Shown in pieces: positions 23,515 through 36,193 of a DNA stretch of 64,000 bases. The stretch spans positions 1,190,067-1,254,066 of the forward strand of contig NW_003314322.1 in NCBI RefSeq assembly GCF_000143415.4, read 5' to 3'. Below the pieces are notes generated by a model, which was not told where the DNA came from, searched no databases, and worked only from the letters and a program-made list of their open reading frames with translations. How positions within the stretch are numbered: position 1 is the first letter of the stretch; every line of letters starts with the position of its first letter. The translations under genes and the position numbers were made by a program. The DNA is from Selaginella moellendorffii (Eukaryota > Plantae > Lycopodiophyta).

Positions 23515-24609
23515 ATGAAGCTCAACATCGCCAATCCCACCACGGGATGTCAGAAGAAGGTCGACATTGACGACGATCAGAAGCTGTAAGCTTGTCGCTT
23601 GGATCTCTGGATGGAATGGTGATTTTGTTCTCTTTTCGTGCAGGAAAATCTTCTATGAGAAGCGCATCTCGCAAGAGGTGCCCGGAGATGGGCTCGGAGA
23701 GGTGAATTCGTCGGCATTTGAGCTTTGCTGTTTGTTCTAAGATTTGCAGTGCAGGAATTCAAAGGCTATGTCTTCAAGATCATGGGAGGATGTGACAAGG
23801 ATGGCTTCCCTATGAAGCAGGGCGTCCTCAAGACGAAGCGTGTGCGCCTCCTGTTAAACCGAGGTAAAACGATGCTTCTTTTTTCTTTTCTCCCTCTTTC
23901 GTTCTGATTTGAGATTCGTGACCAGGCGACACTTGCTTTCGTGGGTATGGGCGACGCGATGGTGAGCGGAGGAGGAAGTCAGTTCGTGGTTGCATTGTCA
24001 GCCATGATCTGTCTGTTCTCAATCTCGTGATTGTCAAGCAAGGTACTCCCATCTTTTCTGGTCTTTTTATTTTTTCCTCTTTGTTCATTTGATTTGATTC
24101 GTGATGTATTGTTTCTTCTTTCACGTTTGCAGGTGAGAAGCACTTACCCGATCTCACTGACACCGAGAAGCCACGGATGAGGGGCCCTAAGAGAGCTAGC
24201 AAGATCCGCAAGCTCTTCAACCTCGACAAGGAGGACGATGTCCGCAAGTACGTGAACACGTACCGCCGGAATTTCACGGCCCCCTCCGGTAAGTTCCTCC
24301 TCGGACCTTAAACCGTGCATCCAAACTCACTAGTGTCGTGTCGTGTCGTGAACTCCTAAAAAACCAGGCAAGAAGCGCAGCAAGGCCCCCAAGATCCAGA
24401 GGCTGGTTACTCCGCGGACGCTGCAGAGAAAGCGCGACCGCATTGCCGAGAAGAAGAGGCGCGTCCAGAAGGCCAAAACCGAGGCCGCCGAGTACCAAAA
24501 GCTGCTATCTCTTCGCCTCAAGGAGCAGCGAGAGCACAGGAGCGAGAGCTTGGCCAAGAGGCGGGCGTCTCGTCTCTCGGTCGCTTCCAAGAACTCCACC
24601 GACGTGTAA
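23515..24609 (+). CDS. RPS6: 40S ribosomal protein S6 (eS6), multi-exon
   Basis: [50 protein letters not shown], tail KRRASRLS; telo-box TTAGGGTTT at 23458. Confidence 0.97.
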
Positions 24610-24689
24610 AACTCGATTGAGTTTTTTGTTCCTCTAAATTTTTGCTTAAAACGATCTTTCTCTACTTTACACTTCTTTTAGCTTAGCTA

Positions 24690-24930
24690 GTGATATCTAT
24701 ATTATAGAAGTGGCCAATCCCCTAGAGTTTTGACACCGGGGTTGAGCAAGTTGTCCAGGAACTGGTACATATAGATTTTATCATCAAGTTGTCAAGGAAC
24801 TGGTGCATATAGATTTATCATCAAAAGGAACTGGTACATGTAGATTTTATCATCAAAAGTTTGTGGTGTTTTTTTCTTCCTCCAGGAGAAGGATTTGATT
24901 GAGTTGGAATGCTTTGCAGCCTCAAGTTTT
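24690..24930 (+). pseudogene. Relic of the oligopeptidase 5' region with a triplicated exon/intron junction
   Basis: Matches 39468-39700; aggaactggtacatatagattttatcatcaa occurs three times with small variants. Confidence 0.75.
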
Positions 24931-26483
24931 TTGGAGGTGGCAAGAATAAGGATGATTTGTTAAGGGATGCTATATAATGATAAGATGGATTTTAAGCAAA
25001 AGTCCAGATTATGCTATAACACTTTTCCAAAACCTCAATGGGCAAATCCTTAAAGAAATAAAGTATTAATTTAAATTTAGCATAATGAATCACTATTGAG
25101 AATCTAGTCAAAACTATTATAATGTTATTTCTTACAAGAAAACTAACATAATTATCACTCAAGAGCCAGGAGGAAGTTCTTGGGGTTGATTATCATTTTA
25201 TCAAGCAATTTCATAAACACATTACTTATAACCACATAGATATGATATAAAAATCACAATGATTTAATCATCAATCGAGCAACACCACAAATAACACCCA
25301 TGTTGCTAAATCACTCAAGTTTGCATGCATGTTAAAGAATGTGTTTCCAATTGTCAACTGAATTCATAACAAAGATAACAACAGACCTTGTGTAATGGGT
25401 CTCATTGCGGGAATTGTTGAGCTTCACAAAATATCGAACTGGACCAACCTGCAATAATTTATTAGCATAATAGTATTAATTAACACATACCTCTGGTTTA
25501 CCAATAAGCGAAGAGCATTAATGGTTATGACGTTCTAGTGGAAACAAGCCCACCTGGACATTCTGCATGAGAGACTCTAGAGTGGTCTCTTGATTCAGCA
25601 TCCAAGGTATTTACTGATTTACTGCTGTGTCATTGTCCAAAAATGGAAGATGGATCTTCTTTTGTCCGCAAAAGTGGAAATAAATAGTCTCAAGGTGTGG
25701 GTACAAAGAGTTTTGATGGAGGCCAAGGGTGATGATGCAAGTACCCCTGACTTGTACAAAGCTTTGTCTTCAGGCTTCAAGTTACAACTCAAGAGGCTGC
25801 AAGACAGGCTAGATATTCATCAGCTCTATCTTGAAGTTTGGGGAACACAGACATACATCTATGGGATTCATGACATTTTCAGGTACATCACAGTGAAGAA
25901 AAGAATGGTGTTGTGACAAAGGAATCCTATGACAGATATCAAGCAGCACTGAACAAGTGCAAGGGCTTAAAGAACTTTCCAATGGACTCATTTTCCCAGT
26001 GAGTGAGTGAGAATTTGTGAGATAGTTCTTACCGGTGTATCTTGTGCAGTATGCTGAAGGACTTCCAAGATATGTATGACAGGAAGGCACAGCAATTCTT
26101 GAGCAAGTACCATTGTGATTTGCCATCTTTATATGACATAGAAAACTTCCCGGTGGGCATTGTTTACTTCTCCAACAAGCCTTGTTTGATGCCAACTGGC
26201 TGCCTCGGAACAAATGTGCCCTTCCAACAAAACTACACTTTTGTGCAAGCATATATTCGGATTCTTGGGTCAAATGCAACTATCTAGGGAGGCAATTGCA
26301 ATGAGAGGCTTCTTAAAAATATCAAGATGTTTGAGGAAAGAGTTGAATAGGAAGGTATTGACATTTTGGTCTGTGAGCTTATCAAGTTACTAGGTTGGAG
26401 CCCTTGGTCTACTATTATGGTTACTGACACTAGTTTTTGTAGTGCAAACAATGTATAAGATAGTTGACTATTGCACGGAAAAA

Positions 26484-26678
26484 TATAAGCTCCTGAGTTT
26501 AGACTTCCCGGGAGGTCACCCAACCCAGTACTATTCACACTCAAGGACGTTTAACCCCAAATATCCCAAGACCTTTAACCAATTGGAAAAGGGGGTGCAC
26601 TCTTGTTCATAGGCCCTTTCCCTCTATATTTGAACCCCAATGGATCGTCTCTCGAGTCGTTCCCTTTGGTTGCTTACA
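26484..26678 (-). mobile_element. Cassandra-like LTR carrying a 5S rRNA-derived segment (26501-26555)
   Basis: Minus strand GTTAAACGTCCTTGAGTGTGAATAGTACTGGGTTGGGTGACCTCCCGGGAAGTCT resembles the 5S rRNA internal promoter region; termini TATAAGC...GCTTACA. Confidence 0.8.
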
Positions 26679-27150
26679 ATCCAAAATTTAGAAGTGGCAA
26701 GTTTGTTGGTTGAACCATTTTGTCTAAATTAAAAAGTAGGTGAAAGAAGCCAAGATGACATGGCAAACTCATTAGCCATTATGACAGGTAATAAGTTGTT
26801 TAGATTTGTGTAATTCTTGCTAAAGCATATTTTACAGTGGATGATGTGAGAAATCTACCAAAGGAGAAAGTAATGTAATGGATGACCTTGGAGGTTGCCA
26901 ATTTTCTTATGCTTCTATGTGGAAACCACTACAATTATGATGCCTTGATGAAATCACCAATAGATGGATCATTGCTAATGCTAATGACTGAAAGTAACCT
27001 CAATTGGTGGCTTTTGACTCTGGAAATAGGTCTTTTGAAAAGGCTGCAGGTCAGGAAATGGTTCAAGGAGCTTAAATAGTCTAGTTTTATCACCAAAAAT
27101 TAGTATAGTAAAACTAAATCTATGAACTCTATATTACTATAGTGAGAAAT

Positions 27151-28161
27151 TGTAGCGCATGTGATCATGGGATGAGATTTAGATATACTGTCACCATGGA
27201 TCCTTGGAACCTTGGGGGATAAAATAGTCACTAAGAGCTCTCTTATCAAGCAATTGCCCCTTTTCCAGTTGGCTTAAGGGGAGAGAGATAAGGTGCGCTA
27301 TAGTTGGTATCGGAGCAAATGGCACGGGTTCGATTCCCATTGATTAGTGGCTACTTAAAAGTATAATATACCCTTGAGCAAGGTATATTCCTACCCCTAA
27401 ATTTGAAATCGTACGTATTGGGCATCCATGCGTACGTCCTTCCTCTTGTGTGGAGTATCTACGGATGAAGGTATCCACCGTGGGACTGCGGTACGGGTGG
27501 ATGACTAGTTGTCTCACATGGAATAGCTGATCTACACAATGGAAGGATTGGCCTCTTGTGTGGAGTATCTACGAATGAAGGTATCCACCGTGGGACTGCG
27601 GTACGGGTGGATGACTAGTTGTCTCACATGGAATAGCTGATCTACACAATGGAAGGATTGGTAGATTGAGTGTGGAAATGGAGGTGTTGGTTCCCCTTGT
27701 GGAAATGGAGGTGCTAGTTCCCCTTGGCTCAATAGGGGTTGTTAGTCAATAGTCAAGGATTGGTAGATTGAGTGTGGAAATGGAGGTGCTGGTTCCCCTT
27801 GGCTCAATAGGGGTTGTTAGTCAATAGTCAATGAGGACATTGACAGGGGTTGTTAGTCAATAGTCAAGGATTGGTAGATTGAGTGTGGAAATGGAGGTGC
27901 TGGTTCCCCTTGGCTCAATAGGGGTTGTTAGTCAATAGTCAATGAGGACATTGACATCTTTGAAGGGGGGGTGAGTGTAGCGCATGTGATCATGGGATGA
28001 GATTTAGATATACTGTCACCGTGGATCCTTGGAACCTTGGGGGATAAAATAGCCTTTAGTGCTTGGAACCTTGGGGGATAAAATAGCCACTAAGGGCTCT
28101 CTCATCAAGCAATTGCCCCTTTTCCAGTTGGCTTAAGGGGAGAGAGATAAGGTGCACTACA
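27151..28161 (+). mobile_element. TRIM (non-coding miniature LTR element) with internal tandem repeats
   Basis: LTRs 27151-27302 and 27976-28161 (TGTAGCGCA...TGCACTACA); PBS TGGTATCGGAGC at 27305; PPT GAAGGGGGGGTGAG; TSD GAAAT/GGAAT. Confidence 0.9.
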
Positions 28162-28395
28162 GGAATCCAAGTGGGCTAGGCCATTTCTGGTCCTTTTGTC
28201 CAAGGCATAGGATCATCTGTTGGTAACCCAGTACCAATCATGACCAAAATAATCATTCCAGCATTTCCTATAGTTTGGGTGTTTATGGGGTATTTGTATT
28301 GTGGAAAACAAGGATTAGTAATGCAATCTCAACTAGCTCTATCACTCATTTTTTCGTAAAAGTACAAAGCTAGGATTATGGAATGAAATGAGACT

Positions 28396-28495
28396 TGCAT
28401 GACTGATGCTCGCTAGCCAATGTACTCAAGTATATGTCCGGGCTGCATGACTAATGCTCGCTAGCCAATGTACTCAAGTATATGTCCGGGCTGCA
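28396..28495. repeat. 48-bp direct tandem duplication
   Basis: tgcatgact(g/a)atgctcgctagccaatgtactcaagtatatgtccgggc twice. Confidence 0.9.
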
Positions 28496-28565
28496 CATCA
28501 AAAGTGACTTTCAAAGACTGAATCTAGAGAGCATGTTTAACCTAATTGATTTTCATTGCTTTTGG

Positions 28566-28880
28566 TGTAAGCTCCTGAATTTGGACTTCCTGAAAGGTCA
28601 CTTAGCCCAGTATTATTCAAACCCAAGAACACTTAACCCCAAATATCCCAAGACCCTTAACCGATTAAAAAAGAAAGTGCACTCTTACTCATAAGCACTT
28701 TCCCTCTATATTTGAACCCCATGGGTCGTTCTCTTTGGTTGCTTACAATTCACCACGCTTCCCCGCAAATTCACGCCCTTATGAATGGAAGTTGAGAGCC
28801 GCAGCTCTCCTGAGAGCCCTGCTCTCTTAACACCCTACCCCTCGAATCAAGCTTAGCAGGAGGAAATTGAACCTAGACCT
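28566..28880 (-). mobile_element. Second Cassandra-like LTR (28566-28747) with adjacent purine tract and partial internal region
   Basis: TGTAAGC...GCTTACA, homologous to 26484-26678; followed by attcaccacgcttcccc, a purine-rich tract on the minus strand. Confidence 0.75.
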
Positions 28881-30851
28881 ATAGTGTGCCAACCTGGGGC
28901 ATTTATTTCACATGCTTCTAACCCTTGATCTTGTCAATACCAGACATTAGACATAATACAAGATTTAACCCAAGAGTTAGATGTTTTCTTTCAATCCTTA
29001 ATCTTTGTAGAAAGGAGAAGAACAAGGACAAATCAATTGTTCTTTCTCACATTCTATCATAGTGGGCACACTTGATATTGCCATTCAAATCTTACCAAAG
29101 ATCTCCTCTCTCTCAAAAAGGCAATTCCAAGCCAAAACTCAAATCCTACTTCATGAAATTTGGCACTCTTGCCAACTTCACTCTCACTGCTGATCTCACC
29201 TATAAATAAGAATAGAGAAAAAGAATGAAACTAGGCTGGGACGAGGCTCTGGAAATGGAGGTTCTTGACCTTGCTAGCAGAGAGCTGAGTTTTAAACCTT
29301 TAGAGAATAGCAAGCTTGGATGATAAAAGCAAAGTATTTTGAGCATGTTGCACTCAGCTCCTCAAGACATTGTGTGCATCATAGTTTCCAAAAAGTTCAA
29401 GTGATGATAAGTAGTGATTCTAACAAGGATTTTCAGATAGAGATAGATTGGATAGGATATTTAGATTCATAACTTACCAAGATGCTCTCTATGATGCCCT
29501 CTAGAGCTCTAGTCACTTGATTCATGTAGGAAGGGCTTGATAGAAACTTGAATTGAAATTCTAGTTGATCATGGTGCCTAGCTCCTTGCACAGCTCACTC
29601 TTCCACGCCAAAACAACAAGTCTATGGAATGGAAAATAATTTGTAAAATCACTCTATAATCATCAGAAGCCTTGCCTCAGAGTTGCAGGTGCCCTTAAGC
29701 TTGTTCGGCTGTGGCAATGGTGTCATGGGCATGGCATGGCTGGATGTGGAGCTGCAAGATTTGGAGGGTGTTACCAATTTGCCACCTGAAAAACTTAGCT
29801 TAGGTGGGATTGAGTTCTTCTTAGCAAAATTGGAGAAGAGGATGAATCAGATGGAGCAAATTATCAGCTCAAGATGATGGAGATGCGATAATGATACCAT
29901 TGGTATGGTTTGCTTTTCCAGGCATCAGTTGAGATCTCACTAGAGGGTTCTGGAAATCTTCAAATATAAGAAGATTTTATAATACACTTCTTATTAGGAA
30001 CTGCTCAGATTAAACACTCCAAACAGGCTTCTTGTGTCTTTGGAGCTACTATACTAGACTTATTTAAAGATTTCCTGGGATGAACGGTGCTAGGATCCCT
30101 CCCTCATAGAGCATCAGTGAGGCTAATCCGGGCATCTAAGTTAGATTATGGCATTGGCTGAAAAAGAATAAAGCAATTACTTGTAAACCTATGATATATA
30201 AGAGTTTCTTCTCTTCTTGATATTTTAATAGCTTAAACCAGGAGCTAGGAAGAAATACAAAGAAGGATATAATTGGTTGTAAATGTAGAAAGAGGGGTGT
30301 TAATCTCAAAACATAGATGAAAGATAATACATGTGGTATTAGAGCTATATTTTTTAGAAGAGTGGACATCAATCTTATTAAATATTTCCTATTTTATATA
30401 ACCCTCAAGGTTTGAATCAATCTCTTCTTTGCAATTACCATTAATATATCAAATATACTAAGGATTATGGTATCATGGAATGAAAGTCATTACTAGATGT
30501 TTGTAATAGCTAAAAGGTTGATTGTTTGTTGGAGTTTTAGGAAAGTTGTGGTCTTATGAGGTAAAAATTAACTTTTTTGCAATGAAGCTTACAGGCCATA
30601 GTTCTTAGAACTACAAAGATTTTTGAAAACTTTACCTAGCAAAAAGAGTATGGGAGAAGTATTTGTTTTTGCTCTAATTTTCTTACAATACCATTTAACA
30701 TTTGGTTATTAATTTTTTTTCATAAGCTAAAGTCTCCTATAGATTTGAGTTTGGCTTTGGTTCAAATGCCTTATGCTTGCAATTTCTTGGAAGATATATA
30801 AAACAAAATTGATTTAGCAAAGTTAAATATGACAAGTTAGGAGATTGGCTA

Positions 30852-30935
30852 ATGAGCATTATCATTATTAAAAGTATAGATCCATTGAGAAAACTTTGTC
30901 ACCAACTTTGTACTTTTAATAATAACAATGCTCAT
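30852..30935. repeat. 25-bp inverted repeat (hairpin or MITE relic)
   Basis: atgagcattatcattattaaaagta pairs 23/25 with tacttttaataataacaatgctcat. Confidence 0.7.
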
Positions 30936-30984
30936 CATTAGAAATGGATTTGTCTCATGAAATAGATAAGAGATTGGAGAGATA

Positions 30985-31400
30985 TTGAATTTGGACTTTG
31001 TGAAAGGTCATTTAATTTAGTACTATTCAAACTCAATGACATTTTAACCCTAAGTATTTTAAAACCCTTAACTAATTGAATAATTTACTACACATTAAAC
31101 GCTTCATTTGCTTAAAAATAGTGTTATTGTTATTTGATTTATTTAACATCAACCATTAGAAGGTAGAATAAACTATAATATACTAAGAAGTGTTTAAGAA
31201 ATTTTATAAATTATAAATACAAAATCAATTTAAATGCATAACAACCATTAGATGGTAGAATATTCTACAAATCAAAGCATATTTTAGATATATTCCACTC
31301 TGTTTACAGGTTTTTCTTAAGCAAACCAAAAAACAATGCACTCTTATTTATAGGCACTTTCCCTCTATATTAAACTTCATTAAAGTCACTTTTTTTACTT
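30985..31400 (-). mobile_element. Third, decayed Cassandra-like LTR split by an AT-rich repeat
   Basis: 30985-31080 matches the 5S-bearing half; ~31335-31400 matches the gcactcttat..ccctctatat half. Confidence 0.55.
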
Positions 31401-31543
31401 GTTGATAGGTCACTTCCAAAAACTCCACTGATATGTACAACTTGAAACTCAAAACAAAGAGGTCTACTTTACACTCTTTTAGCACTGATTATATTGATTA
31501 ATATTTAGGTTATAGAAGTGGAGACTGAAGCCATATTGAGGTG

Positions 31544-32200
31544 ATGGTGAATCCGCTTGTCTCCGTTGGCTGCCTCCCAGAGTTTAACAGGGTTGAAGCT
31601 CACCATGTTGTTCCAGGGGTCAAGCAAGTTGTCAAGGAACTGGTACGTGTAGATTTTATGATAAAAAATTGTCATTGTCCTCCAGGAAGAGGATTTGCTT
31701 GAGCTGGAGTGCTTTGCCGCCTCAAGTTTTGGAGAGAATGGTGGCGATCTGTGGGAGGCGCTCGTCCATCCCTTCGAACGCATTCTTGATCGCTTGACTG
31801 TGGTATGGGGGATTGTTTCACATCTCAAGGATGTCAAGGATTCCGACGCTCTTCGAGCTGCTGTGGACGAAGCACAAGTAACTTTGTGCAGCCCTTGAGA
31901 ACGAACTTTTTGTTGAGATTAGGACAGAGCAAGGCTTTGTATCAGGCGTTTGAGAAGATCCGCAATGGTGCCTTGTTCGATACACTGAACGAAGCTCAGC
32001 AACGAGTTGTAGAAGGTATGTGAGCGCTTCATTTGATCTCTTGTGGAGTTCTCTCTCTTTTGTTTTCTTCAGGACGTTTGACAGATGCCATACTAAATGG
32101 AGTGGCATTAGAACATGAGAAGAAAGTACATTTTAATGAGATCCAACAGGTATATATATGTGTTTGTTCTTGGCTAACATTTCAAAGTTTTGCAGGAGCT
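31544..32200 (+). pseudogene. Partial duplicate of the oligopeptidase gene (first 4 exons)
   Basis: Near-identical to 39501-40203; intron 2 collapsed to 14 nt; ends abruptly at ~32200. Confidence 0.9.
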
Positions 32201-32396
32201 ATCATAGGTATTGTACATTCATCACATCCAAGATTCAATGAAATTTAACATCACGAATTAAACATACCTAGATAATATTGAGGCGCCCAAAGCTGGCGCT
32301 GGCGGCATCACTCTTCATCACACAATGCAATACTGGTACGTGAAGTTAACACGAAGAATCATAGTCCCGAGTGATCAATCGAAACTCTGATCGCAG

Positions 32397-33237
32397 GTGT
32401 CTGGACCGAGCAGCCACAATCGTCAACGGAGAGCACCACGGCTCCGAAAAGATCAATCCGTGGAGGCTACGCCCGGTGAGCCATGTAGAGGAGCTCAAAT
32501 TGCTGCTGCGAATGACGCCCGTGTGGGCGACGGGCATCCCGATCTTCGTGGCGTGGTCGCAGCAGAGCACGTTTTGGATCGGGCAGGGCTACGTTATGGA
32601 TCTCCGCATGGGATCCTCCCCGCACGCTTTCAAGATGCAGCCCGTGACGCTCCCGGTCTTCTCCCTCCTCACCATGATGATCTTCCTCCCCTTCTACGAC
32701 AAGCTCGTCGTCCCGCTGGCCGCCAAGGTCACCAGGAACCCGCGCGGCATCACCTTCCTCCAGAGGATTGGCGTGGGGATCACCTTCGCCGCCTCGGCGA
32801 TGCTGGTGGCGGGCGCGGTGGAGGTGAAGCGGCGGCGCCTCGGATTCGCCCACCCCCTCTCGTGCTTCTGGCTGGGCCCCCAGTTCTGCCTGCTGGGCCT
32901 CTCCGAGGCCTTCGTCACCATCGGCTACCTCGAGTTCTTCTACGATCAATCGCCGCCCAGCATGAGGAGCATGGCGGCGGCGGTGGTGTGGGCGATCATC
33001 GGCACTGGCAACTACGTCAGCACCGCCATCGTGGCGCTCATCAAGCGGTCAACGAGGACCCCGACCAGCGACCAGGGCTGGCTCTCGATGACCGGGAACC
33101 TCGAGTACTTCTACTGGGTGCTGGCGGGCTGCCTGGCCGTCGATTTCGTGGCTCACCTTCTTGTCTCTACGTTCTACACGTACACAAAGCCGGACTACGC
33201 CGACGACGGCGATCAAGTTCCCATTGCGATGATTTAG
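32397..33237 (+). pseudogene. NPF/PTR transporter, last exon only (C-terminal half)
   Basis: CLDRAA..VEELK..QRIGVG..LGPQF..EFFYDQSP..MRS; no 5' exons upstream. Confidence 0.8.
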
Positions 33238-33280
33238 AATATATCATATTACATTGGTCTTTAATAGATGACTATACATT

Positions 33281-35437
33281 TCAAGTTTGCTCCACCTTTT
33301 TCAAAACCTTCCCATTTTCCTCGGGCACGTCGTTCCAGCGCTTGTACCTATACCACCTTGCCACCACCATGTAGACGCCGAGATTGACGGTCAGGATCCC
33401 CGCCAGCATCCAGTAGAACAAATCCAGCCGTCCGCGGTTGATGTTATCGGGCACCCAGTTGGTCCTGGCGTGCACGGCGCTCACCATCGCGGTGCTACAA
33501 TAGTTACCACCGCCAATCACCATCCAAAACACCGCCGTGGCCATGCTTCGCATGCTCTCGGGCGACTGATCGTAGAAGAACTCGATCTGGCCGATGGAGA
33601 GGAAGAGCTCCGTCACCCCAATGAGCACGTACTGCGGGAGCAGCCAGAAGATCGAGATGGGGATGGTCCGGTCGGGGGAGTCGAGCAGCCCCGCGGCGGC
33701 GGCGGCGCTGCGCCGCTTCACCTCGGTGGCGGCGGCGGCCACCATGACGAGGATGGAGACGACGAGGCCGATGGCCATCCTCTGGAGGGAGGTGAGGCCG
33801 CGGGGGTGGCCCGTGATCCGGCGCAGCACTGGGATCCCCAGCTTGTCGTAGACCGGGATGAGGACGAGCAGCGCGAGAGTGGTGAATGCCGTCATCGATC
33901 CGGGCGGGATCTCGAAGGAGCTGGAGGCGACGAGGCGGCGGTCCATTGTCCGGCCCTGCTGGACCCAGAAGGTGCCCTGCTGCGCCCACGCCGTGTAGAC
34001 GAGCACGCCCGTGCATAGGACGGGTAGCAGCCGGAGCAGCAGCTTGAGCTCCTCCACGCTGTGGACGCTGCTCACCTTCCAGGGGTTCACATCGCTGCCG
34101 CTGCGCCGCTGGTCATCGTCTGTTACGATCGCAGCTTTGTCCAGGAATCTGGCAGAGCGCAGGATATGGAAATGTGAATCTCTCAAGAACCCTAATCTTG
34201 GAAAACCCTAAAAGCGAAGGGGAGAGAGACCTAAAAACAGAGGTACGGGTAATATCACCTGAATTGATCCGTGTGGAGCAGCCGCGTGGGCGAGTGGAGC
34301 TTGTCCTTGGCCCCAAACAGCTCCATCGGATCGTTCGGCAGCTCTAGCTTGCGCTTCTTCACGGCGGCGGCCATGACCTGGAAGAGCCTGGTGATGGGGC
34401 TGCCGGTGGGGCGGGCGATCCGGTAGATGGGCGTGCCGGCCACGAAGCTGATGACGGACAGCGCCATGAGCACGGCGGGGAGGCCGAATCCGACGGCCCA
34501 GCCGACGTTGTCTTGGATCCACACGAACACGGTGGAGGTGATGAGCGTGGCGAGCTGGAGTGTGAAGTAGTACCAGTTGAAGAAGTGGAGGATCTGGGTG
34601 CGCTGCTTGGGATCCTCCTCGTTGAATTGGTCCGCCCCAAATGCAACGACGCATGGCCGGATCCCGCCCGAGCCCGCGGCCTGCAAAACGAAGGAGAGGT
34701 ACAGGAATCCCAGCTGACCCACTGTCGAGCGCTCGCACAGCGATGATTTCGCCGCGCATTGGTCGGGTCTCAGGCTGGGAACCAGGGCTTGGATCGTGAG
34801 AACGAAGGATCCCTGCCAAGCCACCAGGCAAATCAGTGCTCCACAGTTGAGATTGATCCTTTCTAGGCTTCTAGTATCTGATTCTCTTGTTCTTTCTCTG
34901 GTTTTCTTCTCTTCTTCTTTGACTTATCCTCGATCTTACAATGATTATATCTAATCGATCATTCCCCTCGGGAGAAGGCTCTATCTATCCAAACTTTTGG
35001 CTAGATGGAGGGATGGATGGTTTCTTACTAGTGTGAAGAGGATAGAGCCCAAGAGCACCACCCAGTAGCGACCAACATACGCATCAGCGATGATGGCACC
35101 GACAAAGGGTGTGAAGGCTGCGGTCCCGCTGAAAGTGGTGAGGGTGTTGGACGCATCGGCCGGCTTGAAATGGAGCTGCTGGACGAGGTATGTCACCAGA
35201 TTCACTTGCAGTCCAATGACTCCCAGCTTCTCAGTCGCCTCGTTCCCTGCAAGTCAAGCAGCAAAGCGAGATGACGATCTTCTAGATCCTTGCAGAATTC
35301 TCGAGGGAGAGAGTTATACCAAAGATGAAAGGACTTGTCTTCCAGCCTCCTTTCACGATTCGGCGGCCTCGCCAAGTCGTGCTCCACTCAGGATCCTCGG
35401 CTCGCTGGGCTCCCTCGGCTCCTGCCTCGAGATTCAT
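33281..35437 (-). CDS. NRT1/PTR (NPF) transporter, 4 exons
   Basis: GGWKTSPFIFGNEATEK (ExxEK), IADAYVGRY, GGIRPCVVAFGADQF, FFNWYY, GSPITR, FLDKAA, EFFYDQSPESMRS. Confidence 0.93.
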
Positions 35438-36193
35438 GCTGGATTTGTGTAACTCGACAGCGTGCTCCTCCTGCCAAAACAAGACACGGCCCATGCATCA
35501 CAAAAACGATCCGGAATCAAAGCCAGGTTTTGCGAAAAGGTATCCAATCACTCAACCGACCATGTATGGAGATGGCGATTCTTTTCGTGTAGCGCGGAGA
35601 GATCAAACACGAAGAAGAACAAGTTTGAGATGCATTTTATAACCATGATCCGCATCAATGACGGGCCTGCAAAGATAGGGTCCGACCGCTCTTGTCTCGT
35701 CCGCAAGACTTCTTCCATCGAAAGAAACATGTCTACGAAATTTGCTTTCGGGGAGCCCGTGGATATACAAAGGGACAAAAGGTTGACGGGCTGGCGCATG
35801 GCATTGAAGACACCAAATTGAAGCAAACTACACAACAGCATGATCTTTGCTCAGAATCAAACCGACCGCTTTTCCACTGCCACTGATTGGCACTGAGAGT
35901 TTTTCAATTGTAAAAGTTGTTCAGTGCTTGCTGAAAGATCTTGACAAGCATTACGTTAAATCCCTGATGCGATAACGAAAGAACTTAGATATGTTCATTT
36001 TTTTGCCAGAAAATAAACATTCAAACTAATCATTGAAGTCAATTAGTTGATTCCTGACGATCCAAGTTCAATTTGGCGGCATTGATTGTCTTAAGCAAAG
36101 AAGTTCTCTAGAAAACAGTTTCCAGGTTTCTAGGAAAGTCCAGGTGGTCCCGAAAAATACGTCTTTATTATTATCTGATGCAATGGGCATTTC

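Noticed and set aside
26501-26555. Functional 5S rRNA gene
   Set aside because: Only ~55 nt of the ~120-nt RNA is present, embedded in an LTR.
27442-27955. Repeat array resembling CRISPR
   Set aside because: Head-to-tail duplications without unique spacers, inside a TRIM, in a eukaryote with no cas genes.
26484-28747. The two Cassandra-like LTRs as ends of a single element
   Set aside because: No PBS inside the pair, the purine tract lies outside the right copy, and the flanks share no TSD.
32397-34186. Long dsRNA hairpin from the inverted NPF paralogues
   Set aside because: The paralogues are too diverged for extended pairing.
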